Both the position numbers and the translations under genes were made by a program. From Lama guanicoe (taxonomy: Eukaryota): DNA of 64,000 bases. Within the stretch, counting starts at the first letter, position 1. Every line of letters starts with the position of its first letter. The notes beneath the pieces are model-generated. The model was given only the letters and a program-made list of their open reading frames with translations, was not told where the DNA came from and searched no databases. This document shows, piece by piece, positions 1 through 12,275 of the stretch. The stretch lies in assembly GCA_013239625.1 (NCBI GenBank), contig MU053472.1, positions 310,001-374,000 on the forward strand. The letters are read 5' to 3'.

Positions 1-295
1 CTGCATGGTGAGTACCTTGAAAGAAGTTTCTGCTACTCATGGAACAGATGAGGCAACATGTGTGAAGGGAATCGATCAGGAAGCATTTCCCTCAGATTCA
101 CAAATCATGGGCTTGAAAGTTGCATTTATCAGGAATTTAAAATTGCCATTAGTGGCTTCAAAAGATAAACAGTAGTACTTGAACTGGAGTGATTCTCATA
201 AACAGGAAGTCTTCAGTACTCTGAAGAGACAGAAGGCATAAACAGGATTCCAGGCGAGTCTGTGTGTAACCCAGAACTTCTTATAAAATTCACAG

Positions 296-349
296 GAGAA
301 TGAGAGATACGCATATGAATGGCAGAGATGTCTGGGGAGTGCCCTCGAG
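296..349 (+). CDS. SYNRG: Synergin gamma coding exon (ENERYAYEWQRCLGSALE); gene continues upstream of the window
   Basis: ttcacag|GAGAAT...CTCGAG|gtgagt; 54 nt, phase 0-0; peptide matches recalled mammalian synergin gamma C-terminal region. Confidence 0.93.
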
Positions 350-846
350 GTGAGTATGTCACTCTTGTGGTGGTCACACGTATGGAAACGCCTCTTGTGT
401 CATTTTGCCTTCTTGGTTCATTTGGATGGACAGAGAGCTCTACCTTGATGGCCTTGACGGCCCTGTGCAAAGGGAAGCTGTGTGGAAAGTCGTACTTCTT
501 AAGTGAGGCTGCTTTCACATTTTTAACAGCAGACACAGCTCATTTGTCCCTTGTGTCCTCTTCTGTCCCTGTGTTTAAGAAATAATAATGATATCATTAT
601 CTCTGCCTAAGTGAAAATAATATTAAAGCTAAAGAACCTCTGTCTTTCTTCTTCCCCCCAAAAATGGAGGATCTTTTCTTCAATGTCAAGATGAACTTCT
701 CAGATTTGTTTCAGCGTAGTCATCTACATACATCAGTCCTGCTTTGTCACCCCTCCTGGCTTTCCTTTGGACTTTCTGCTAATCGTAAATTGGTTTGTAA
801 TGACTTTTCTTGATTATATAAGCTGATGTGATTTCATTTCTTGTAG

Positions 847-943
847 GTCATTAAGAAGGCAAATGATACCTTAAATGGAATCAGCAGTAGTTCTGTGTGC
901 ACAGAAGTAATTCAGTCAGCCCGAGGCATGGAGTATTTATTAG
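847..943 (+). CDS. SYNRG: Synergin gamma coding exon (VIKKANDTLNGISSSSVCTEVIQSARGMEYLL-G)
   Basis: tttcttgtag|GTCATT...TTATTAG|gtatgt; 97 nt, phase 0-1; in frame with flanking exons. Confidence 0.95.
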
Positions 944-2237
944 GTATGTTCTTTTAGATTTTACTTTCCCCAAATCATGGCACTTTGTGATCCTTTCAGT
1001 TGTCCCTATGTTAGTAGTTTAATCTAGCTCGCTCAAGCTACTGTGGCTTCATTAAGTAGCATCTGCATTTGTAGATAAGACCCTTAAGTCACAGACAGGA
1101 ATAACTATTTGACTTAAGGTCTCTGTGGCCAAACTTCCCAGTCCTTATGCTATACATATGTTTGTATGTGTGTAAAATTACATATTACTGGTTTATCAGG
1201 GTCTGAACTAGATGAGGCACTAAAATTAAATCCCTGGGTCTCCAATCAGTTCTTACCATGCCATGTTGAATTCTTCCTCCCTATCCCTTACTAACATCCC
1301 AGGTTCCTCAGCTTCCTGCCTACCTTCAGTTGTCAAACATCCCAGTCCAACTTGAAACCTCCATCTCTGTCCAGTCCAGTGATCCTCTTCTCCCCAAGCT
1401 CAGGCTTGTCCCATGGCCACAGCCACGTGCCCTGGACCCTAATGTTTTTGAGATCTTTAGTCACCTTCTAAGTGAGGTCTTCCTGGTCTCCCTTACTCAA
1501 AACTGTTTCCCCGTCCCTACCCTGGCACTTCCTATCCCTGTCCCTGTTTGGTTGTCTCCCTAGCCCTAATACCTTTAATATCTTAAATAGTTTATCTCCC
1601 TCCCTCCACTGGAATGAAGCTCCAGGAAGGGAGGGATTTGGGTCTCTCTCATTCACAGCTGTGTCTTCAGCCCCTGGACTGCTGTCTAGCACGTAGTAGT
1701 CACTCACTAATACTTGCTGAACGAGTGGCTGTGAAGGGATGTGGGCTCCCCTTTACTCCTGCCATCTTGCTCTCTGGTTCCTTTTTCCTTCTCAGATAGG
1801 CACAGTTCTGCTTCATAAACAAGTGTTCACTGGGTAATGGGTTGCCTGTCTTTCCTTCTGGTAGTGTCCTAGTATGAAAGATGGTCTTAGAAGCCCCTCA
1901 CTTGGCTTAGAGTGGGCAGTAGTTCCTGCCCTTCCCCTGGGGAAGAAGGGACAGTCCATAGTGCTGTATACAGGCTGAGGAGGTACCACTGAAGACCCCC
2001 TGGAGTTCTTCCAGGCCTCTCTGAGAGAGGCAGGGGAGGGTTGGGTGTGTGGCTGGCAGCTGTCCTTGGAATATGGAGACCCTGGGCACTTATCATCCTT
2101 GCTGGAAGAGTTCAGCCACAATTCAGAGACCACAGGAAAAGACCAATTCTGTGTCCTGTTAAGTGTTTAAAAGACACGTGAGGCCACAGAGTTTGTAAAT
2201 CTTAGGGCACTCAGAAGAGTGAGCTGTTTCTTAATTA

Positions 2238-5006
2238 CAGCCATACCTTGGAGACTTTGCGAGTTTGGTTTCAGACCATTACAATAAAGCATACATCGCA
2301 GTAAAACGAGTCACATGAGTTTTTTGGTTTACCAGTGTGTAGAAAAGTTACGTTTACACTATACTCTCGTCTGTTAAGTGTGCAATAGCACGTCTGAAAA
2401 AACAATGTAAATACCTTAATTTAAAAAGTCTTTATTGCTGAAAAATGCCAGTCATCGTCTTAGCCTTCAGTGAATTGTAATCTTCCTGCTGGTGGAGGCT
2501 CTTGCCTCTGTTAATGGCTGCTAACTGATCAGAGTGGTGGCTGCTGAAGGCTGAAGTGGCAAGTTTCTTAAAATAAGACAGCGATGAAGTTTGCCTCGTT
2601 GATTGACTCTTCCTTTCACAAGCCACCTCTCTGGAGCATGCAGTGCTGCTTGATAGCATTTTACCTACAGTGGAACTTATTTCGGAATTCAAGTCAATCT
2701 TATCAAAACCTGCCGCTGCTTTGTCGACTAAGTTTATGTAATGTTCTGAATCCTTTGTTGTCATTTTAACAATCTTCACAGCATCTTCACCAGGGTTAGA
2801 TTCCATCTCAAACCACTTTCTTTGCTCATCCATAAGAAGCAACATCTCCATTAAAAGAATGACACAGCCATTGAGGACAGGATAAATACTGGTTAGAACC
2901 AAGTAGGCCCAAGATGGCGGAAGATTTGACTTGCAGTAGACCTTGAGCTTCATTACGTACTCATTGTAATATATTAGCATGCTCAGTGGCACACCTGTAG
3001 GCATGATGACAGTTCTGAGGTGACCATAAATGGCCAAAAAAGTGGGCAGTGGCCTAGTTCCTGGAAATCCCTGCCCCTCCCCTAAAACAGCTGGAATCCT
3101 CCTCCAACTTGTTGGCACATGGAATTACCCAGCCCAGGAAAACTAACCACCCCTGCAGCCTGGGCCACTTTGGCCGTCTGAGACGGGCCGCATTCTGTCT
3201 ATGGAATGTGTATCTCTCTAAATAAACTTGCCTTCTCTTTAGGAAAAAAAAAAGAAGGAGCAACACGTCATCATTAAAGTTTTACCGTGGGATTTCAGTT
3301 CACACATCTTCAGGCTCCACTTCTAATTCTCTTGCTATTTCCACCACATCTGCAGTTCCTTCCTCCCCTGAAGTCTTGAACCCCGCAAAGTTACTCATGA
3401 GGGTTGGAATCAGCTTCTTCCAAACTCCTGTTAATGTTGCTATTTTGACCTCTTCCCATGAATCACAAATGTTCCTAATGACCTCTAGAATGGTGAATCC
3501 TTTCCTGAAGTTTTTCAGTTTACATTGCTCATATCCATCAGAGGAATTACTATCAATGGTAGCTATAGCCTTATGAAATGCACCTCTTAAAAAATAAGAC
3601 TGGATAGTTGAAATTACTCCTTGATCCGTGGGCTGAAGAATGGTGTTGTGTTGTGTGGCAGGCATGAAAACATTCATCTCGTTGTACATCTTTATCAGAG
3701 CTTTTGGGTGACCAGGGGCATTGTCACTGAGCAGTCATATTTTGAAAGAAATCTGCTTTTCTGAGCAGTAGGTCTCAGCGGTAGGCTTAAAATAGTCAGT
3801 AAACCATGTTATAAACAGATGTGTTGTCATCCAGGCTTTGTTGTTCCAGTTAACAGAGAGAGCACAGGCAGAGTGGATTTAGCATCATTCCTAAGGGCCC
3901 AGGATTTTTGGAGTGGTCAGTGAGCACTGACTTCAACTTAAAGTTACCTGCTGCATTAGCTCCTGACAAGAGAGTCAGTCTGTCCTTTGAAGCTCTGAAG
4001 CCAGGCATTAACTTCTGTCTAGTATGAAAGTCCTAGATGGCATCTTCTTCCAGTAGAATGTGGTTCCATTGAAAGTCTGTTGTTCAGTGGAGCCGCCTTC
4101 GTTAATGGTCTCAGCCGGTCTTCTGGGAAATTTGCAGCCTGTGCATCAGCACGTGCTCCCTCCCCTTGCATCTTAGGTCACGGAGATGATTTCTTTCCTT
4201 AAACTTCGCGAAGCTACCTCCGCTAGCTTCACACTTTGCTGCTGCTGCTTCCTCACCTCTCTCAGCCTTCAAAGAATTGAAGAGAGTTAGGGCCTTGAGC
4301 TGGATTAGGCTCTGGCTTAAGGGAATGTTGTGGCTGCTTTAATCGCCTATCCAGGCCACTGAAACTTGCTCCATGTGAGCAGTAAGGCTGTTTTGCTGTC
4401 CTGTCATTCATGCGTTCACTGGAGCAGCACTCCTTACTGCCTTCCGGAACTGTTCCTTTGCATTCACGATGTGGCTCCCTCGTTGGTGCAAGAGGCCTAG
4501 CTCTTGGCCTGTCTTGGCTTTTGACGTGCCTTCCTCACTAAGCGTAATCATTTCTAGCTTTTGGTTTGAAGCGAGAGACATGAGACTTCCTTTCACTTGA
4601 ACACTGAGAGGCCGTTGAACACTGAGGGTTATTAATTGGCCTGATTTCAATATTGTGTCTCAGGGAACAGGGAGAGACCCGAGGAGAGGGAGAGGGACGG
4701 GGACGGCAGGTCAGCGAAGCAGTTAGAACATATACTGTGTGGTTCATGGCACCCCAAAACAACTATAATAGTGACATCAAAGATCACCAGTCATCGGTCA
4801 CCATACCAAATAACAGTGAAAAAATTTGAAATATTGGGAGAATTACCGAAATGTGACACAGACACAAAGTGAGCAAATGCTGTTGGGAAAATGGCGCTGG
4901 TAGATTTGCTCAGTGCAGGGTTGCCACGAACCTTCAATTTGTAAAAAATGTCTATCTGGAAAGCGCAGTAAAGCAAAGCACGATAAGATAAAGCGAGGTA
5001 GGCCTG
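2238..5006 (-). mobile_element. Tigger1 (TcMar/pogo-like) DNA transposon, near full length, decayed, with an internal insertion
   Basis: inverted termini CAGCCATACCT (2238) and AGGTAGGCCTG (5006); flanks TA and TG; transposase remnants in ORFs 3300..3689, 4408..4650 and part of 2432..3118. Confidence 0.92.
2856..3254 (+). mobile_element. ERV1 (MER41-like) LTR fragment with poly(A) tail, nested in Tigger1
   Basis: interrupts the Tigger1 sequence; LTR-like U3/R with AATAAA (3221-3226) and an A-run (3244-3253); family assigned from recalled similarity. Confidence 0.65.
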
Positions 5007-5134
5007 TGCTTCGTGATTTACTGACGTTCAGATTCTTTTATAATGTTAATACTCCCTTTTCAGCAAGTTGAATGGTATTTCCCAAATTCAAACAGATGGA
5101 CTCATAAGGAAGCCGGTGGGCGGGGGGGTGTTAA

Positions 5135-5345
5135 TACTTCCTACTGTTGTAAGGCTTCTACAGTATTAACCTATTTAATCCCCTCAGCCATCCTTTGAGG
5201 AGGTACTGTTATTATCCCAGTTGTACCAGTGAAGCTGAAGCACAGGGAGGTTATGCGACTTGCCCAAGGTTACACAGCTAGTAAGTGCCACAGCTGGGAT
5301 TTGAATCCTAGTGGTGTAGCTCTGAGGTCTGTGCTTTTACCAAAA
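5135..5345 (-). mobile_element. MIR SINE
   Basis: MIR core: attatcccagttgtac...gaagcacagggaggttatgcgacttgcccaaggttacacagctagtaagtg...gggatttgaatcc. Confidence 0.8.
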
Positions 5346-5521
5346 AGTTAATGCTGCAGGGCTACGAGCTGATTGGTCCCAAGGAGTAGTAAGTTCACCT
5401 CTGTCCAGATCTCGTCCCTGTTTCCACCTGGGACGTCAGCCAGCAGTAACACACTGCCTTGTCTGCTCACCCTCTCCTCATCACTCCAGCACCTTAACTC
5501 TCTACCCTCTCACCCTGTCAG

Positions 5522-5670
5522 GTGTGGTCGAGGTGTACAGGGTAACCAAGCGTGTGGAGCTGGGGATAAAAGCCACTGCAGTGTGCAGTGAGAAACTCCA
5601 GCAGTTGCTAAAGGACATCGATAAAGTATGGAATAACCTAATTGGCTTCATGTCACTTGCCACACTCACG
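5522..5670 (+). CDS. SYNRG: Synergin gamma coding exon (G-VVEVYRVTKRVELGIKATAVCSEKLQQLLKDIDKVWNNLIGFMSLATLT)
   Basis: pyrimidine tract, cctgtcag|GTGTGG...CTCACG|gtaagc; 149 nt, phase 1-0. Confidence 0.95.
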
Positions 5671-5928
5671 GTAAGCCCATTAGATAATTGAGCAGTTACT
5701 TTCCTTCCAGAAACCTAAGCTGTAACGCTGAGTGTATGTTCCTGTGATGGCACTTATTGGAGGATGAAGGTGCCCGTGGTATATTGTTAAAGGAAGAAGG
5801 GAACATTTGTGCTGTTAGTTGGTAGTACCATGTTGGCGTCTGGATAGTGCCCAGGCCTGTTGTACCAAAAAAAAAAAAAGAGAGAGAGAACGTAGGAAAA
5901 CATTCTCTATCTACATCCTTCTTAATTC

Positions 5929-6021
5929 ATATATGCACACACACACACACACACACACACGTATATATGTGTGTGTGTATGTATATATATACATACATAC
6001 ATATACACACACACACACATA
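5929..6021. repeat. Compound (CA)n/(TA)n/(TG)n/(TACA)n microsatellite
   Basis: read directly from the sequence. Confidence 0.95.
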
Positions 6022-6109
6022 GATATTTTGCAAAGCATTGGTTAGAGTTTCTCCCTTTGCATTTCTAGTTATTTCTGTCCCCATATGTGTCCTTCTAAAA
6101 AACTGTATG

Positions 6110-6703
6110 ATGAAAACACTTAATTCAGAAAGATGCATGCACCCCAGTGGTCTTAGGAGTACTATTTACAGTTGCCAAGATATGGTAGCAACCCAAGTGT
6201 CCATCAACAGATGGATGGATAAAGAAGTTTGGGGCTGGGGAATGTGTGTAATGGAATACTATACAGCCATAAAAAACGAAATCTTGCTATTTGCAACAAC
6301 ATGGATGGACTTGGAGGGCATTATGCCAAGTAAGTCAGTCAGAGAAAGACAAATACTGTATGGTATCACTTACATGTGGAATCTAAAAAGATACAACAAA
6401 CTAAGGAATATAACACAAAAGAAGCAGACTTTCAGATACAGAGAACAAACTAGTGATTACCAGTAGAAAGAGGGAAGGGGGAGGGGCAATGTAGGGGTAG
6501 AGGATTTAAAGTTACAAAACTACTGTTTATGAAATAAGCTACATGGATATATTGTACAACACAGGGAGTATAGCCAATATTTTATAATATAAATGGAATA
6601 TAACCTTTCAAAAGTGTGAATCACTGTGTTGTACACCTGAAACTTATACTGTACATCAACTATACCTCAATAAAAAAATTTTTTCAAAAACCAAAGTAAA
6701 ATG
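6110..6703 (+). mobile_element. 5'-truncated L1 (ORF2 end plus 3' UTR)
   Basis: L1 3' motifs (caacatggatggacttggagggcattatg; catcaactatacctcaataaaaaaa); candidate TSD aaaaactgtatg (6098-6109) / aaaaattgtatg (6704-6715). Confidence 0.88.
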
Positions 6704-8274
6704 AAAAATTGTATGCTACATACTATTACTATCCTGTGGTTCATTTAGCCTTTTTATTTTCTTAGGGTCTTGGATTGTTTTCATCTTTTCCTGTTACGAA
6801 TAGTATTACTCTGAGCATCATTAAACAAATGACTCTCCCCTTTTGGGGATAGAGTTCCTCCAAGTTTACTTAAGAGGGCAGAGGCGTGGTTGCACGCGTC
6901 CAGGTGTGCACGCACATAGCTGTTGTTACAGGTGTTACCTGGCTTTCCGGGGGGCATGGGGCTGGCTGACAGTGCCACCAGCAATATACAGTTACACATT
7001 TCTTTTTATATTTCATTCATTTCCCGAGAGGCTATCCAGTGTCCCAAATGATAATTTACTCATTTTATTTCCTTTATGTGTAAACTGATCATGTCTCCTT
7101 TGACCATTTGGCCATTTACTCAGTGAAAAATTGTTACTGACCATACATATTTCATATTTGTGACAGATTTATACACACACGTGTGTGCACACTTACAAGG
7201 TTCTATCAGTTTTTTTCCTCCTCTGTTTCCTCCCTGTTTTTATATTTCATTGGGCAAAACTATTTTATTTTTATATATTCTTACTTACTCAGTTTGTCTC
7301 TGATAAAATCCTTTATTTCACGATAGTCAAATTTATCTCCCTTCCACAGCTGGAATAAGTACGCGGTTCCATTTTCTTTCCCTTCTCCCTGCCGTGTGGC
7401 GGGCAGCGGTTCTCAGTGCGCTGCACTGATAGCCAGGTGGGGTCCCTGCTCTCCCAGCAGCGTGCCCTCAATGGCAAGTCTCACCATTGTTATGTTGCGT
7501 CTGGTTTGTAACACTAAGTCCTTAAAAAGTTTAAATCATTTCCAAAATCTTCATTTTGTTTTCCTTGAGCCATTTTTTCAATTTATGACCTAAAATCATA
7601 CAGTTTGAGTAGTTATTTTTTTTAAAATATGGTCGTGGCCAGTACAATAAGAAGTGAAATAGAAATATTTGGAAAGAAGAGATAAATTTATGTTTATTTG
7701 GTGATACGAAACACTTCTGGAAATCTGAATTCAAGAGGTTAAATTTAATGAATCTGGCAAAAATTCATAGCATTCTTACATATTAACAATAGTTATAAAA
7801 TACAAATGAAAACCTCATTTTGTTTAATGTAGTAAGTCATTCAGGCCCTTATCACCCCTGGCCATATAGCTAGGGTTACTGGTTCGTTTTTTTATCCCGT
7901 CAGTCTGTTCTGCACACCACTATTGCTTTTTTCTGAAATGTTAATCTGACTATGTCATTTAAATCCCATTTAAAATCCTGCAGTGACTCACCAGTCTTCA
8001 GAATCAAGTTTAAAAGCCTTAGCTCAGTGTAAGGTCTTTTCCATCACTTGGGTTGCTCTGGCTTCTGTTTCTCTGTTAGAGTGCTTTCCCCTCCGGACTC
8101 TGTGTCATTGCCCCCAGAAGTCATTCCAAGAGGCCCTCAGTCTGAATCAGATGCCCTTCCTGTGTGTCTCCTTGGCACATTCTGTCACCACACTTAGCAC
8201 GCTTCTTGATGTTGTGTCTTCTTATTTCTTGCCCACTAGCTTCTCAGCTCCTTAAAAGCTGGACTTTGTCCTGT

Positions 8275-8620
8275 ATTTCTTTTTGTTTGTTTTTTTAACT
8301 GACGGATAGTTGATTTACAATATCATGTTTGTTTCAGGGGGTACAGCATACAGATTTGGGTTTTTGGCAGATTCTGTTCCGTTAGGAGTTACTATAAGCT
8401 ATTTGGTATAATTCCCTGTGCTATACAGTAAACCCTATTGCTTATCTGTTTTATGTGTAGTTGTATCTGTTAATCCCATACTCCTAATTTGTCTCTCCCC
8501 ACCTCCCTCTTCCCTTGGTATAAGTTTGTTTTCTTTGTCTTATTCTGCTTCTGTTTTGTGTATACATTCATTTCTATTTCTTAGATTCCACATATAAGTG
8601 ACATCATATAGTATGTGTTT
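8275..8620 (-). mobile_element. L1 3' UTR fragment
   Basis: T-rich tail, tagttgatttacaatatc, ttagattccacatataagtga. Confidence 0.8.
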
Positions 8621-10279
8621 TTTATTGTGTTCTAATAGTGTTGGGTGGGACTTTGTACTTTGGGTTTTATACTTTTTTGAACTTTGTTTTTGTCAAACTA
8701 GGTAAGCATTTTTATACCTCATTATTTTAATAACTGGTTTAAATATTTTAAATGGATAAGGAAAATAAAACAAAGGAAAAATGAAAGTAGGGAAGGTAAA
8801 GTCACGGATGAAGTGAAGTGTACAAAAATGTGTGCTTTTGAAGTGCTGGCATTTGCTAGTGGTGAGCTGTACAGTTAACTTGACCCTTCCTAGGCATTCA
8901 CGTAAAGAAGACGTGATCTGTTCCATGATTCACTGGATTCATAACATAAAAATAAACCCTCCACTCAGGAAACATTATTCCTGGCATTCATGTCAGAAAG
9001 AAATGTGTGGGTTCTTGTAAAGAGGAAACTAACCTAATCTATATTATCTTCAAAAATACCCTTTCAGTAAATAAAGCAACAGGTTTCACTGAGTAGTTTC
9101 TTGGGAGATCTCTCCGTACAGATTGGATGGCATGTTCCAAGTACAAATTAGTGAAAAGTCAGTCTAAGTGGGGAAAAAATAGATGAGACGGTAAACGAGA
9201 AAAAAGCGTGGCACTGCGTACTGACGGTGGTCTCAAGTCTGTGGAAAAAAACGTGCAAATCAGTGAGAAATGTACCAGCACCCAGTAAAATCGGAGCAGA
9301 AACATGAAGTGATTCATAAAAGAGGAGGCACGGGTAATCAGTAAACATTAATTCAAATTAAAACAAGCTTTCGTTTTTTTACCTCCTAATAAGCCCAGTT
9401 TGGGGTTTGGTTTGTTTGAATCCTGCTGGTGGTGATGTGTACAACTGGGCTTTTCCTTAGGGCATTTATTAAGAATCAGTTTATGAGGAAATTGGGACCA
9501 CCCTATGGGAGAGGTGTTTGGCAGCATGCTTTCCCCTCTGCCTGTGGAACTCCTTGAGGACAGGGACCAGGACGACATTTCGTTCCTCTTTTGTCCAGTG
9601 TGAGCACAGCAAAAGCTGGATGAATTAAAGGCTGACTCAGAATTCCACTTCTTGGGAAACCTCCTAAGGCCAAACCTCTACGTACAAACTCACAAAAAGA
9701 AGCAAGTTAAATGCACAAGCTGTTCTTTGTAAAAGGGAAAAATTGAAACATACCTAAAAGTCCAAATCTGGAGGATTAGTTAATTGTGTGAATCTTCATA
9801 TTAGGATGTTATGCAGCCATTCTTTAAAGGAGCACAAAGTTTGAAATAACATAGAACTGTTATTACAGGGCCGGAAGGAAATCTGCCCAGATGGCAATAG
9901 GGTTGTGTTTGGGTGATAAAACCCTGGTGTTTTTAAAAAATATTTCGAGTGAAGTTGGTTGGCTGGTGATGTACGTGGGGTGCCTGTGAGGCTGCTTGAT
10001 GGAGAAGGACGTGTTACCAGTTACTTGTCGTAGAGTCCAGTGTGTCACCTTTGCATCGTTAGCGTCGCCCTTCATCAGAGCCTCTGTGCTCAGTCTCTTA
10101 AAAAGTCCTCACCTCAAAATCCATTTGTCCCGTGTCTTTATAGCAACAGACTATCTAAGGCCACACATTAGGAATCCAGAGATCGGTGTGTGTCTGGGTT
10201 TCTCCTGATTCACCCACCTTCTGCTCCTAAGCTTGTACTGATACAGACCAGACTAAGCCTCAATATCATTGTCATCATT

Positions 10280-10440
10280 AGCCAACTTGTACTGAGTGCC
10301 TACTGTGTGCATAGGTGTGATTTACTTAAGGCAGCGGTCTTGAGGGTAGGTACCGTGGTTTCCCCCTCGCACAGATGAAGAAACTCAGGCACAGAGATCT
10401 TGGTGGGACCTGGCCTCAGTCTGAAAAAATCTTAAGTCTG
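10280..10440 (-). mobile_element. MIR fragment
   Basis: actgagtgcctactgtgtgc...acagatgaagaaactcaggcacagaga. Confidence 0.65.
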
Positions 10441-12074
10441 CCTTTTGAACCTCTGTTCTCTGTTGCCCCCTCGAAATAGGCAAGTAGGGTGGGTAAAACC
10501 AGAGAGCTAGAAGCCTTTTGGGGGGCAGTAGATTGTTACTTAGCATGAAGGTTCATGAGATGAAACAGCAGGAGTCTGTCTTGACAATAACTTGATATAA
10601 ACAGTCAAGTTCTTTTCTGTGCATTTTTTCCCGTTTATATCCCCAGACTATAGAGTAGCTTAAAAGACTCCCCTTCTCCACTTGGATGTTAAGGCTCTTT
10701 GTTTTGGGTGGCAATCAGTTTCTTACTGTAATTAATGCTTTGAAAACTAGATTTCTATACAGACCCTCAAATACAAACCCATCTTGTCTCCTCTGGTGCT
10801 GTTAGAGAAAAAAGTCTGTGATCGCAGAGCATCTTCCTTTGCGGTGAACTCTTCAAAGGTTCCACAAAACACCAGGCGTGTTAACCAGGTTCATTATGTA
10901 TTAGTGCTTTTAGGGCAAAAGATAATTGGGGAGAATCTGGGCCTGGATTACTGCTTTGAGGGAGCTGCTGTCAGTGGGTGAGGTGGAAGCCAGGTTCATC
11001 CTTGTACATCTTGCTCAGAAAGGCTTGCCTTCTAGACTCTGACCCTCTGGGCCTTTCTCTTCTTTTTTCTTCTTTTGTAAAATATATATACAGTAAAATG
11101 GAAAAATCTTAATTATACCACTCAGTGGTTTTGACAGATGCATGCCCCATGTAACCCAGGCCCCTATCAAGATACAGAAGAGGCCGTCATCCCAGAAGCT
11201 TTCCTTAAGCTCCTTGCCCCATCGCCCTACTTACAGATAATCTGTGTTCTGATTTTTTCACACTAAGGATTAGTTTTGCTCAGACCTTTTTAAAGAAGTC
11301 ATAGGATTTGATTCTGTGATTTCAAAGAAAGCCATCTAACCTGGGGGTGTCGTCCTCTCACTCACAGGGGTTCTGAATCCCTCCCTCCGCACGGCAAACT
11401 GGGTGAACAGGAAGAGTGGCCAGGCGTTCGTGCCCCCTCCTTCAGGCTCCTGTTAGGAACATCCATTTCTAGCACCACGTCTAGATGCCAGAGTGATTTT
11501 CCCTGACTTTTTAGACACCAGGTGAGGGTAGGTGTCTGCCACTCGACAGTACAAATTGTACAGAACACCACTGAGTATTTATTTCTCCAGTTACCCAAGC
11601 TCTTCGCATTATAATTGCTTTTTTCACCAGGTTAGCTGTGACAGGGAAATAATCATTCTCAACTCAGCTACTTTTCGTTATTATGCTGTGTTATTTCCTC
11701 TTGATAACTGGTAGGTCCTCAGTCTATAAAACTTACTTGAACAGCCCACTGCACAAAAAATACCATTTTACAGAGGAAGTGTAAGGTGAGACTTGTCTGG
11801 GAGAAGCTTTACTTTAAAAATAGGTGTAAATGGACACAAACCAGCATCTGTGTAGTTTTAATTCATTTGGAACGAAACTATACAAACTCCAAGGGCTCTT
11901 TATTAGAGGCTCAAAGCAGAGAAACCGTCACGAGGGAGGGAGGCATGACTGAGGTTGTATAGGCAGCTTTTAACTTTTTTCCCCATTGCTTCATCATAGG
12001 TAGAATTTAAAGTTACTTAATGAACTGAATTGCCACAGTCAGGCTCTTTGATTCCAGTTCCACTAATATAATGG

Positions 12075-12275
12075 TTACTGTTGGCACCGAGAATCTCCTA
12101 GGCTCTGTGCTGTATGCTTTACCTTCCTCTCATTTAATCCTGGTGACAATCCCACAGAATCAGTAATGTGATCCCCATTTGTACAAGTGCAGAAATTGGG
12201 GCTCAGAGAAGTTGAAACTTGCCTGAAAGTGACAAATCTGGGATTTGAATGCAGATCATTGTTTAAAAATCCATT
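12075..12275 (-). mobile_element. MIR SINE
   Basis: tctcatttaatcct...ccccatttgtacaagtgcagaaattggggctcagagaagtt...gggatttgaa. Confidence 0.7.

Noticed and set aside
2432..3689. ORFs resembling a TIGD1-like gene
   Set aside because: Fragments of a frameshifted, interrupted Tigger1; ORF 2432..3118 is a chance fusion of antisense LTR and Tigger sequence
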